From Oedothorax gibbosus (lineage: Eukaryota): a DNA stretch of 64,000 nt. Under the pieces are notes generated by a model that saw only the letters and a program-made list of their open reading frames with translations, ran no database searches and was not told the DNA's origin. Positions 20,793-35,600 of this stretch are shown here, piece by piece; position 1 is the first letter of the stretch, and each line of letters opens with the position of its first letter. The DNA lies in contig CM033278.1 in assembly GCA_019343175.1 (NCBI GenBank), forward strand, positions 14,929,400-14,993,399, in the 5' to 3' direction. A program made the translations under genes and the position numbers.

Positions 20793-23660
20793 CTCATATC
20801 ATCATTTCTTACCATTTGTAAACATCAATTAAATTAAATTCGGAAACGTAATTAAAATCTAGTTGAGGTCCACCATAAAAAAAATGAAGAGATTTAAAAT
20901 CAATAAATAAAATAAAATACTGATATTCAAATAACAATCCAGAAAATTAAACCCATGCGCTCTTTTTTTTTCTTTTCATAATTTTCGTTCACGCTGAGCG
21001 CGCTGGAATTTCTTTAAATTGAATTAAAAAGTATAAATTCTAATCTTTCAATGATATTCCTATGGGGAAATTGGCTTGTGTTTTGCACTCCTACACCCGT
21101 TTGGGTTCGAATAAAAAGTATCCTATAGCCTATTTCCTGGTTCTAAGCTACCTTTCCACCAATTTTCAGCCAAATCAGTTAAGCCGTTCTTTAGTTATAA
21201 ATAGTGTAACTAACACGACTTTTTTTATATATATAGATGTATTTCCGGCTTGTGTGCTTGATCAGAGACCCGCTTATAAACCTTTGTCAAGTAAGACCAG
21301 TACGACAGAAGACCCATAGGACAGACAAATACAGAATTTTTACTGACACAGGGAAATTACAAGCAGGAGGAAGGCGGGAAACGAACCTGCACCCGGTACA
21401 GTGCGCAGACTGTTAAATAAATAAAAATATAATTTTCTCTTATTTATTACAAACATTATATAAATTGCATAATGAATTAGTAGTTATTATGATTACATTA
21501 TACAGTAATAAAAAAATACTAGGTTCTAATAGTAACCTAGTATTTCTTTATGAAATACATTTAAATGACAAAGGTCAAGTTATCTGGAATGTTAATTTAT
21601 CCAAGGGTACTAAGTTTTATAAATGAATATAATAAGACGTTTGCAAGTTTAATAATCCAGCCAATGATTTTGGGGTTTCTGCACAGAAATCTGAAAGGAC
21701 TTTTCCATTTATGTAGATGTTCATAATTGCGTTTAACGCTTCTTGTTTAAGACCAGTGCGCAATGAGTTTTGTACTAAATTGTTAATTCCGTCATTAGAA
21801 GTCCAAAAGCACATGTGCAGAACTTTTCTTTTGTTTACCCGATTACATGAACATGCCCATTTTGTCTGATGAAGGAATTAACAGGATATAGGATTTCTAG
21901 ATTAGAAATCCTGTTAATTCATTTTAGAAGTGAGGTGCTATACTCTTGTAGGATAGCAAAAACTAAAAAAATATGTATCACGAACATTAACGGGGAAATG
22001 GCCATCCACGAGGACGTCAGATTTTAAAAAATCTTTATCCTCAGGGAATTTTTGACCGCTGAGAACGGTCTGTTTTTCGAGCCTTGGTTTGTGGATATTT
22101 TTTGTGCAGCTAGATGTTTACGGCGGCAGCATTTGTAAAAGTAACTAGTAGAAGAAAACTAATGCACATGAATGCAACTACTTTATTCAAAAGGCAACAT
22201 TTCTCCGTTCAACAAAATATGTAACTTGCAGTAGCGAGGATTAGCAAAAAGTGCATGTTGCAATAATAAGGAACCAGAAAATAGACTTAAATACAAAAAA
22301 CACCTTTATAAGACAAATAAAAGAAACAAAGTGCAACTAGTGTGAATCTATTAATACATTTCCACAATAAAATATAAATATTGCATAACCATTTTCAAAA
22401 ATTTTAATAGTTAAAACACATTTCCCTGAAAATTTAAAGATCTCTTATTTAAAAAATTTAACGTTTAATACTGATTTTTTGAAAATACAAAGGCATTTCT
22501 TTACTTTGTTTGGTAGAAAAGTAAAATTTACACAAACAACTATCACACATACATACTATACAGTTTGTTTCTTTAGCAAACATACAAAAAAGTATTTTAT
22601 GTTTTGCTGATTGTATACATGCCCCAACATCTCAATATAACGTATAAACATTTATACATAACTTTAAGAGTTAAATAACAAAACAAAACTTGTCCAGTTA
22701 CCCAAATCTTTTAAGTATTTTTAATAGTAAACATAACATTGGAATGAATATTTATATAGTACATATAATCTTAAATAATAAAAGTATTTTTTTTTAATCC
22801 TTTGTGTATTGTAAATAAATTAAAGGCAAATGCATTTCCTTGCCATGTTAATCAACATTTTTCATATTGCTAACAACTATTTATCAACCTTCCAACTTAA
22901 TCACCTTTACAACTTAGTCCCCTATAAGTCACGCCAGTAAAGGAAAGAAAAATTTATAAAGATTATTTTAATATTCGCATTACATTCTAAAAGGCACATA
23001 AATATTTCGTGTTTTTTTACTCATTTAATCTAAAAAGCTCTGATTACTAAGTACCTTTAAATAATTTTCAATTTATTTCAAAGTACGAAATTGCATTTCT
23101 ACAACACACAATCAGAAAAATTAAGCACATGTTTTACTATAGCAACTACAAGCTCACTGACATTTGAAAGACCAAAACCATGTGCAATGCTAAATTTAAG
23201 TAGCAATACTTAAGCATAATTACAAGTATGAAGATTATGTTAGGTCTTCTTACTTGAAAATAAAAACATCTAAACTTTATGTAACAAATAATCTGCCAAC
23301 AGGAACTTTAAACGTTCAATATCTATCTATACAATATTTCAAACAAACACAGCAAAAATCAAACGCTTACATTGTCAATCAAACAAAACGCTAAAACAGG
23401 ATTGCCTGTTATCACCACAAAAAAAAAATGGAAATGAACAAATAAAAACATTATTTTAGAATAATTCATTAGAATCTAATCTTACACAAAATATTTGGAC
23501 TGAAAGAATTTAACAATTAAAAAATCATTTGCGATGCACAACAATCCTGCCAGTAGCAATTTTTCTAAAATATCATAAATTAATTGAACAATCATTGTAC
23601 TTTGCTCTAGAGAATTAGAAATTACAGGATCTTTTGCATTAATCATGTAGCAGAAACTAG

Positions 23661-26600
23661 TTACGATGCATCACTGTCCATGCGAGCCCTTTTAGTTATC
23701 TGGGACATGGCTCCTCCGAGAAATCCCTGAGCAGTGCTAAACAAGTTGATGGGTGTGTTGCCATCTGTAATCAAAGCGGACTGAATGCCCAATCCTTGCA
23801 GAAGCTTGACCTGGAACAAAAGGTTTGTATATTTTTAACAAACTCTTATTTACAAATAGATTAAATTTTGTTTTAAGATATAAAGAATTAATATAAAACA
23901 TTCCTCACATAAGTTTAAAACAGGTTAGGTAAACTAATAATATTGGAGAAAAAAAAATTATTGAAGTTTTTAAGAATTTTGAATCACAAACAATATGCAA
24001 GTAAATTTAAAGTTAAGTACAGTAGACACCCTCTTAACCGGCTTTAATGAGAACATGGGCAAAAAATCATTAAGAAATATTTAAAACTAACTGTTATACC
24101 CGACGTTGCACGGGTAGAGGTGGAAAAATAATTTAACAGTCAATTTAACTATATTTTTTCTTTCATTTTAGTTACATAAGATATGAAGATTAACCAGTAA
24201 TTTCCCATTTAATTACCCAACTTGGATATAGTAATGATTAATATTAATTTCAAAAATACATTTGATAAGAAGCTCAAATTAAAAAGAATACATATTGAAG
24301 TAAAAAATAATCAGTAAGAATTAAAAATGGAAAAACAGCTAAATCTTAAAAGGGTCTCAAACATTTATTTTAACGCAATTCAAGGGAGTTCTATAATAAA
24401 TTAAGTAACTTTTTTTTGGATACTTTGTAGATATTAAAAATTCAATGCAAATGTATACAGTACTAAATCAATGCAGATATGTACAATAACTGAATGAAAA
24501 TAAATACAATAATAATTGAATGAAAATAAATGCAATAATAATTGAATGAAAATAAATACAATAATAACGCTAGCAAATTTATACCCGTTCTTCGCTCGGA
24601 TTAAAAATTATCAAATCGTTCCAAATATGTGTACCATATAACCTGTTATAGGATCATAAACTTATGTTATTGTTCTCGCTCGTTATAAAGTATAAAATCT
24701 TGTTTCATTGCCTTAAAATTCCAAAATGAAAAATACGCTATAAAATGCACTCATAAATGTCATCACAATTCCCTCATAAATACATAAAACCTTTTAGCTC
24801 ATTTGGCACGTTTTGGGAAATAATTTAGCGAGAAAATAGATATAGCTACAAACAGACCTATTATACAGCTCTAACACAATGACCTTCGAACAACCAACCA
24901 GATTATAAATTATTTATAAAAGAAATTGCCCATTTGGCGAGTTTTAGTTAATAATTTGGCGAGTTTGGCAACGTATTTGGCGAAAAAATAAAGACATAAA
25001 ACACTAATATGCAGCTCTAGTGCGATGGCCTTTATTAACCATCATAGTTCAGTAATTGCTTAACTATACATTTATTGCTTAAATATGCATACATGCAGTC
25101 AACAGAAAAATCAATGAAAAAATCATCAAATAAACCCACAATAAAATCCGGGAATGGAGACTGGCGGAATTACGTCACTTGAAACATGTCAATTATTTTT
25201 CAAATAGTGAATTTAGTTTCTGAAGGTAATGGCAAAAGTATAAAATAAACATTTTGAATTTTAAATGTTTTCGTTAAAAGTTTTATTTAATTTTTTCAGC
25301 CGATGGCATCAGGAAAGAGAAAAAATGATCGGATTCGAGCGAAAGTGGTGTATTTTTTTCAGAAAATTTGAATTTTCTCTAAAAACGGAACAAGTATGAA
25401 AAAACTAAGCCTCAGGTGCACACGTTGGTATTAAAGGGAATCTATCTTAAAAATTTCGAATTTCTGAGGGCAGTATAAGTAGGTCTTTTACGATCCGAAG
25501 ACAAACAGACACACACACAGACATACTCTTTTATTATTATAGATTATTCAATTTAGATCAAAAGTAGGATATTCACAATAAACTAAGAACAAGAAAAGAA
25601 AATTCCAATGTAAAATTAATGCAAATGCTCTTACTTGGAATTCCTGACCAGCAGATGCAACCGATTTAATTGTATCACTTCCAAGGCTATCTACAAGGTT
25701 CTTGAATTTCTGAGTTTCAATGTCAGCAATTTGCTTCAACTTGGATATTTCCAGCTCATTTTGTTGCTTCAAATAAAGCAACTCCTCCTCTCTTGCTTTA
25801 TGAAGTCGTTCTAATTCCATTTCCTAAAGAAAACTTTTTATAATCAAATGCAAATACAACAGGATAAAACAGCATTGGTTACATTTATTATATACTTCAC
25901 TTTAATCAATTTTCTTAGATAATAAGGTTACATTAATAACACTTAACAGTAAATATTTATTTAGTTATTATAAGTTTACAATAGTTCAACTTAGAAATCG
26001 GTCACTGTCAACATAGAAAGCTTATCCTTAACCTACACAGAAAGTTCCAGTCATCCTGACTGGAGCATATGCTTCGCATCCCTGATCCCTTTGTCAGGAG
26101 AGCGAAAATAAGCACAGTCAGCCTTGGTCAATCATGAGCTTTCACGCCACTGAGTTTAGTTTAGAAAGTTACAGCACACACCTCCTATGTTTCAATAAGT
26201 TGCAAACAAATACTAACATCTAAAAAATATAGATATTGTAAAATTGTCTTAAGAAAATATGCATTCAACCACTCTTCAAAAATTTTCAAGATGATTTACT
26301 AGGTATAACAATGAGGCTTTCTAAGAGATAAGAGATAAATGATGCCTTGGACAATTAATCACTCCCCTCAAAAACTCACTTTTTAAAAAAAAATCACTTA
26401 GAAATTTGATATCAGCGTTGCAAATAAATGAGAATTGTTCATAGTATAGGATCACATAACAAAAACTTACAGCCTCAATTTTGACTGCTTCAGCCTTTGC
26501 TTTTGCTTGCTCCACTGCAGCTTCAGATTCAATGCGCTGGGCCTCGATGCGACTCATGGCCTCAGCTTTGGTCTGGCCACAGCTCTCAATGGTCATGCTG

Positions 26601-29600
26601 CTCACTTTCAGCTCAAGAAGAGCTTTCCTTGACTTTTCAGCTTCCACTTCGTCGGAAATTCGTTGTCGCTCGAGTCGTCCTCTAGCCTCTTGTTCCCTTC
26701 TCTCTGCTTCTTGTCTGAAAAATATTTAGTTGTTTTCTGTTTTGTAAATGTCAACAATTTTTGAAAAATCATTAAATAGGCTTTAAATGGTGTAGTTAAA
26801 AATTAAACATGTATTAATAGTTTTATTATAACATTTCAGCAAAATTATGTGAAAATACTTGTAAAACAATTTTTAAATAAATTAATATAAGCATTACCCC
26901 AAAAAATTATGACTATGACCTTGTTTATTAAAAATACTGATAATGATAAAACTGATGTTGGTTTTTATTATCAATATTTAAAATTGAGATAATATGCTCA
27001 GAGTACTGAAGCTTCAATACAGCAAAAGGTAAACTATTGAAACAGCATATTTTCTTTAAATTTCGTACATTGCCTCATTTTGTAATGTATGATTTATGCA
27101 GTAGATTAAGGAGGGGGTATGAACTTTTCAAAACTGTACCTAGCAGTGGCCTCTTGACTTTGAGTTGTAATTTCAATAGCCAATTGAACAGATTTCTGTA
27201 AAGAATCCCTTGTTCGTTGATCAACAGGTTCTACACTTTGAATATCCACACTGGTGATGTACAAGTTGTTTTGGGGAAACAAGAAACTTTTTCTGACCTT
27301 CTTGTTTTCATCTAGACCAAAAACTGCAGTGCGAATTATCTTAGCAGAATTCTGTAAAAGCACAAGTATTTACTTAATTTTGTAAGTTTTGTATTAAAAA
27401 AATATCTTTCAATTTGAATGAAATTTATTGTCTGTTTGGTATAACAAGTTTAAAAACCCAAATTCAAGTTCATAAAATATAAAAAGTTAATATTTTGCTG
27501 AACATACACAATTTAAATACAATTCGAAATATATTGCAGCAAATTTTTGAAACATTTATATTCATTGCTTGTTTCTTCAAATTACTAAAAAATATATATA
27601 CCATTCCAAGTAGTATTATTCGAATAAAATTATACATTTACAGAAAACCTTCCGAGCAAAAGTATGACAAACACATGCATATCAAAAATAGTAGAAAGTT
27701 TTATTTTTTAAATATTAAAACAATGGAAGATACCTTATGAAAGTCATCAAAATTTGTGCCAGCTACTGTGCCACGAATCCTAGAAGCTATAGCTTTACAC
27801 AAATCTCCAATGAAGTCAGGAACACTAAAAAGTTTGGCAGCAGCTTCGGGACCTTTATTCCCAATATCAAAGTACCTAAATTGAAAAATTAACTTTTTAG
27901 TTAACAATTAATTTTGATTTAGTTTTTCACAGACGGATTCCCGATTTTTTTAAACAATACATACTAAATAATTTAAGTCTATAAATGGACAAAAAATAGT
28001 AAATATTCAGTTCTACGTAAATTTTAAAGATTTAGTTAGAAAAACTAAACTGATTGCCATGTTTTCTATTATCCACAAAGAATACCATTATAATTTTATT
28101 TCTATTAAAAAAAATTAAGAAAGCATGATAAACACTACAAATTTAATAAAAAGTATTTTGTCAACAAGGTTCTCTATTTACCATCAGTTATTTTTAAAAA
28201 TCTCGAATTAACTAAAAAAAGAATTTGTTGTTAATTATAGCAGAATCTTTTTATTGTTTGAAGTTTTATAATTGAAAATTTAAAACTAGGATTTAATATA
28301 ATTGAAAATAATATACAAAATGTAGATATGGATATTATTTTAAAATAATTTTTAGTTCATAAAAATACTACTTTTAACTAACTAACCAATTGTAGGACAG
28401 TTGTAGTGAAAGTCTAGCATGGTCAGCAGTTTCAACTGTAATGATATCTGTGCAGAAATCAGGCCCAAGAAGCAAACACAAAGTCTTAATAACATTCGGT
28501 CTTTTGGGTTTGTCACCGGAAATGCTTAGTTGGGTAAACTGTTCATCTGGGGCCAACATTACAAGATCGGGACCAAAGACAACTCTGAAATAATTATCAA
28601 AAATACATTAGATAACATATCATTAAAAAAATCTTTTTATTAAAACCAAGTAAAGCTGTATTTTTAATTTTTAAAATTGGTTTAAGGTATTCAGTTACAA
28701 TAAAGTTTAAATTATTTCAACTCTTTAAGAATTAAACTGATAAAAACGTAACCCATTATACTTATGAAATAACCACAAATAATTCATAAATTGTACGAGT
28801 AACAGGTAAAATTATTTTCAGTAAGATAAAAAATAAGAATCCAAAAACTATATAAGATAGTCCAAAAATCAAACTAAATTTACTCATTTTAACATTGCTG
28901 CTTTGAACTTTATTTCAGCTTTATGTCAATCATCAAACCAATTTTCAGCTTTATGTCAATCATCAACCAATCAGCTTTATGTCCAATCATCAACCAATCA
29001 GCTTTATGTCCAATCAGTTATGCCAACAAACCTTGATTTCTTCTCTTTGTAATCATAGACTTGAACGGCAGCATTATGAGGAACTCTCAGAGTAACAGCT
29101 TTGGCCCCTTCATCATCGGATTTGTGCATTTTGGCAGGATAGGGTGCCGAAGCAGCAAGCTTTGTTCTCCACGCCCCTCTGTCACTCAAAGGCTCATGGC
29201 CCTTATCTAATAGTTCTTGTACTTGGGGTGGCAATTCCTTAACCCACAGCTCTTCATCTTGGGTTAGCATGTAGGTAGCACCAGAAACCAGGCGGACCTT
29301 AAGTAAATTTATATTAATTTGAGGAATTAATACAATACTTATATGTTTAGTAAATTTGGATTAGCCACCAATGCAGTAAAAAGACTTGGTTTCAAAGAAA
29401 TACCACTTAGTCAATTTCATTGAATGCAGATAAAATTGCAGTTAACATTTATGCCTTGTACTTGCAATACATCTTCCACTTTCACTCTATTTTTAACATT
29501 GCATGTGCTTTTTAAGAAGCATGTAGACGCTGATTAACTGAATATAGATTTTTTTTGTAAGATTTAAAATAATTTTTTTATCTGTAAAGAACTCTTTAAA

Positions 29601-32600
29601 ATATATAAAGAAAATGAATCTTTGCTACTTACATGTCCAGACTTGATGTTTCTCACATATATTCCTTCATTTTCATCAAGAGCAATAGCATAGCGTTTTG
29701 TGACGATTTCTACTTCAGTTGGGGGAATGTATTCTGTAGGGCCTTTAATCATCCAACGGTCTCCAGGATTGCGATCTTTAGGCTGAAATTCCGAAGTTAA
29801 TTATAGTCATACAGTGTGAACAGACATGCCATTTTTGTAGGATAGTAAGTCTCTTTGACTCACTGTCCCGCAGACCAAATGTCCTGCTTTTCGTTAGTCC
29901 CAAAAATGAACAGGAAAATAAAAAATATATATATGATTACTCCCATATAATGCTAACTAATAAATATTTCACATCTATTCATCATTTTTATTATTGGTCT
30001 TACCATAGATATAACTATGGTAAGACCAATAATAACAATGATGCCATTGTTTGAAATTTGGCTGATGAGTTTGAAAATTGGGTGATATATGAAAAATTGT
30101 CAAAGGTTGGGGAGGGTGGAAATGGTGAAACCTCTTGATATTTGGTTTGGTTTTTGAAAATCTGGTTACATTATCATGCAATCCACTAAATTAAGCTAAA
30201 ACTGCTCCGTACTTATAGATTTTAATAAAAAAATATAGATAAATTGTTAGCTAAATTAAATACACAGAATTTGAAACACTCTATAGTGTCTACACTCTCG
30301 CAATTACTCACTGGGGTTTCACTACTATCTTGGAATGCTTCTCTAGCTTTGAGAATAAGTCCTTCGTTCTCACTTAAAACATAAACGTCTTGAATTCCAG
30401 CTTCTAGACTTTCACCAGGTAGTAGAAAAAATGATTTTTCGCCCTGAAAAATATAAGTAAAATTAAACTTCAAATTAAAAAATTTTATGCTTTGCGAAGC
30501 ACCATTGAAAATATGGCATTCATTTTAACTTATGACTTGAGTGAGGCGGCCCGTCAGGGCCAAGCACTGCGACCAAAATCCATTTTAACTTTTAAAAAAA
30601 TAAAGTTAATTATTATGTATTATTATTTTTAAACATGATATCTATGTTGCACACAAAATCTAAGCTGATACTAATATCTTATGTATCAGTCTTCAGCTTA
30701 TGAAGCTTTATTTAATGAACAATGATCTAAATAAACAAAACTTTGTCTCAGTCTGTAGCTATACCTAATGCTTAAGTTTTTTTTTCATATTCGACAAAAG
30801 TGGCAATCCAAAAATGGGAGGGGGAGCTAAGACCTGTTTTTATTCCTTTAAAATAACAATACATAATAATTAAAATCTACTAGCTATATATTTTAATTGA
30901 TTTAGGTCCATTTATTATTTATGAATTCATTGAAACTTTGTTTATGTAGTGCAGGATACTTTCACTTTGGAGGGGGGGAGACTAAAAATGCCTACCCCCA
31001 CCCTAGTACTATCCACATACTAACCATCCAGAAGTTAAAACTAAACTACTGCATTGCAACATATGTCATTTCTGTTCATAGGACAAATCAAATTGACCAA
31101 TAAATAATTTGCTGTTTAATAGACAGTATTCATAATTCTATAAAATAATCGCTATTTTACCCATATAACAGAGCCCAATTAAGCATATTCTAACCTTAAT
31201 CAATTTCTTTCTTCCCAGTTGGGGTTTACCATCAGCACCAGTTGGGTCCAAGATGACACAGTATTGTCGGTTAGAAAGTGTTGTAATGGGCACAGTTCCC
31301 AATACATCTTCATATACCCCTGGAATGTAAGCTTCAGTGTCTTGGAGGGTAATAAGCCACTCTTCACCATTTTTTCTAGTCTTTCCAAATTCATCTACAA
31401 ATGTCTTTTTTGCTTTAACATGCACAGCTTCCTATAAAAACAAAATGCGACATTAAATATGAAATCAAACTAAACTAGAGAAATGTGTATGGTCTGTCAC
31501 AATTTTCTTAATTGTTTATTTATTATTATTAAAAAAAGGTGAATCAGTTGAATGAAAATCCCGATGAGTGTTTTTTAAAGCGCACACTAATAAAAGGACA
31601 AGGTAAAAGAAATAAACCTTAAAAACATCAAAACAAATTAAATATTTCAATGAATTGGTAAACTTATAAAGTATTTAAAGTACTTTGGTAACTTTTCTGG
31701 TGTTAATTTTTAACCTATTCATCGAGTTTTAACAAAGGCAATGTATGTATGCTTATAATTTTAAACCGATCATATAAAAAGTCAGCATTTAAATAATATA
31801 ATCGTAAAGTGGGTATCCAAATACAAACTTGCAGGAATATGATGATTTACCACAAAAGGTTTATCTTTAAGTTAACAACTTTTTAATGCACCGAAAAAAT
31901 ATGTGTAAGCAGCTGAACTATGCACATTACACTTTAAATGTACAATATACATGTGCTTATCTGCACTTTTGTGGAAAAGGGTCAACAGGTAATGTTTTAA
32001 CATATGACATCAGCCTTTTTTTTTCCTAAGGCACAACATATGTTCATAGACTTATTATGTTACTCACTTTATCTGTTAAAATATGAGCACTGACAACATC
32101 AATAATTTCTTCATAGACTCCAGGTAAATAAGCTCCAGTCTTTTTAATAATCCATTCCTCTCCTGTAACTCTTTGCTTCCCTTCTCTATCTTTGGTCTCG
32201 GAAGTCGCTCGCAATTTCAGGGCTTGGTTAATATTTATAACGATAGCGGAAATGGTTTCCAAGACCTCAACTTCCTTGCGGGGAATGAAAGTTCCTAAAA
32301 ATGATAAATTAATAACATATCATCACATAGCAGCAGTTATAACACATTCTTAAAAAATTAGTTTTAACAATTTAAATTTAAATAGTGTTTACAATGAATT
32401 TAAATCAATGTTTAAAATAAAGTGTTATTTGCCTATTGGAAGTTTTTTTAAAATCTTGAATTCATTTTGATAGTACCAGTAAGTAGCGAATCCAAAAGCT
32501 TCATTTGGGGGTTTACGGTTTTGGTGACATTCATTAATGTTTTTACTTATCAATTATTTTTAATTATTAATTAAAAACTATCAGTAACTTTACTTGCTAA

Positions 32601-35600
32601 TTAATAATTATCAATCCATTTGGCATAGAGATGAAAGCAATAAAATATGAAGAAAAAAATCCCTTGTTTTACCTGGTCCTTCAAACAACCATTCATCTCC
32701 AGCAACCCTTTTCACACCATCTTCCTCTACATCTCTGATGGCCTTTAACCTCAAAGCACTGTTAGAAGACACGACTGTCAATGGTGTTACTTCCTGGAAA
32801 AATTTCAAAAAACAAATTTTAGATATTCCCTTTAAGATTTGAGTGTGGAGATCTTAATTAGGGTAACTTTGGACTAAAATGGAAAATGTAAGTAAATCAT
32901 TGTTTCATCATAAGTCCATTAAATTCACTTACTTAAGTCAATTTGACTTTTCAAATAGTAGCAACACAGAACGAAAAAAAGAAAAAATTAGACAAGTGGA
33001 AAGAAATATTGCAGTTCTATACTTGGCTCAAAGAAATGCTGAAGGGTGGAATTTGCATCAATCTGTATTAACTTTTTTATTACATTAAATAACATGGACA
33101 TTCAATCTATTACATTCTAAGATTCTAACAGAACCAAAAAAAAGTGGTCCTGGTTTATCACATTAAAATCAATAATTAGACATTGAGTCTTTTCACTTTT
33201 TTAACAAACTAGATTTTTCAATTCCTATTTTGAAAATTGAATTCGTATCAATTTATTAATTTGAAACATACAGAATTCTTGATTTCCCCCCACACAGATA
33301 ATTTCGTTATTATAGGGTAAAAAAAACTGTTTGCAACCCAGCATTTGCAATAGATTCAATTCAAGTTTCCCAATAGATACATATATGTCAAATAAGTCGA
33401 CAGGGAAACTTCGTAAAAATTAAAGATCTTTTATTAAGACTTATTCATCAGGATATAGTGAAATTTATCTATGGTGTCAACTATTGCCAAACATTCTAAT
33501 TCAGTTATTGCATAATTTTTTTCATAATCTCTAAGTGTTCTAGAGTGGTATGCAACAGGGTGCAAAATACCATTCTCGTCTTCTTGTTTAAGTATACCTG
33601 CTACAGCTGTAGAAGATGCATCAACAAAGATATGTGAAGGGGAGTTTGGGTTAAATAATTTTAAAATAGGTTTGGAAATTAAAGCATTCTTTAAGGCTTC
33701 AAAACTTTGTTGACATTCGGGAGTCCAACTCCATGTAACATCTTTTTTAAGTAATTGATTTAAAGGGTATCTTATTTTAGCATAATCTTTTATAAATTTG
33801 GCATACACATTCACACTACCTAGATATCTTTGAAGTGAGCGTTTATCTTTGGGAGGGGTTAACTTTTTAATTGTTTCTATATTTACTTTGTTAGGGGTGA
33901 TGATTCCATACTTAATCTCATAACCAAGAAAGTTAATTTGATTTTGAGCGAACACACATTTAGAGAATTTTAATTTAATTTTTTCTTGATGCATAATTTC
34001 AAAGATTTTATTTAAATGTTGCAAGTGCTCGGCTTTAGAATTGCTATGTATGATAATATCATCAAAATAATTATAGGCAAAATCGACTTTATATTTAGTG
34101 AGGATTCTACGAATTATTCTATTAAATATAGCAGGAGCATTTTTAAAACCAAAGGGGAGTCTTTTAAATGTGTATAATCCTCTATGGGTTACAAAAGCTA
34201 ATTTTTCTCGGTCAGATTGAGCGATAGGAACCTGATGGTAACCAGATGCTAAATCAATGGTGGAAAATATTTTTGAATTATACAATTTATCTAAGATGGA
34301 ATCTATTCTTGGCAATGGTTCACTATCTAACTTAGTAATGTGATTTAATTTTCGATAATCAATGCAAAATCTTGTTTTATTAGGTTCGCCATGTTTTGCA
34401 ACCAATGTAACAGGTGCTGCATAGGGAGAATTAGTTTCCTCAATTAAATTTGCTTCTAAAAGTTGTTGTACATGAGAATCAATTTCGCGTTCATTAACTA
34501 ATGATGTACGATATGGGCGCTGGTTAATTGGGAGGTCACTATTTAAAATAATTTTTTGTGGTTCTACATTAATACAACCCACATCATATTGAGAAGTAGC
34601 AAAGACACTCCTATGTGTGAGCAAAAGTCTTTCAATTTCAGAATCTTCATGAGCAATTTGTAAATAATTTGTGTTTACAGAGGCTCTGAAAGTCTGTTTG
34701 TTGTTTTGCTCAAACAAAGAGTACCCTTGGTTTATATTATTGTTAAGAGAATATTGATTATTAGAACACTGATTATCATTTTCACAATGCATCATTAAAG
34801 ATAAATGGTTTATCATAGGTAATTGTATGTCATAATAGTGAGGAAGGATTACATTATTTTGAGTTATTTGCTTATTTTCACAATTAATTATCAACTTAAA
34901 TGTAGAACAGCCAGATAAGCCAAGTATTATATAAGGTAATGGACTAGGGTTAACAAACAAGGTAATTGTTTTGGTAATCCTTCCCAAGTTAAGTGAAACA
35001 TCGACACATTTGTTTATTGAAAAGTTGCTATTTGCCTGTTTAACAAGAAAAGGATTAATCTGTTTACACTTTAAATTATATTTTACAACAAAGTTATTAG
35101 GAATTATATTCAGAGTACTCGCTGTATCTATAATACAGGGAATATTGTCGTTTTGATTAATGCAACTTTTCAATATCAAATGTTCCATATGTCATATGGT
35201 GTTTCCTCCACTGGACGAGTTTTCTGTATTTGGGTTACTTTGAGGTGTTTCAGTATTATTAGTAGTGGTTTTAAAAGGACATTCGCTCATCCAGTGATAA
35301 GCATGTAGTATTCCCCTTTCGGTACAGTGACGACAAGGAGAAGAAGGTAAGTATTGACTTTGGAAATGATTCGTATGGTAGGTTGGTCTAGGACCTTGTT
35401 GCCGAGGAGTGTACGACCTATTGTTGTTGTGAGGTCGAAATCCTGAATTAAGTCTGTTTTGTCCAAAACTATGGTCATATCGGTTAGGTCGATTCTGGAT
35501 TCCATATGGTCGAGGAGTAAAAGATTGATTAAAGTTATTTTGATTATGCTGAGGTCTATGGAACGGTGCATTTGATTGGGGTCTGAACGGTCTAACATTG

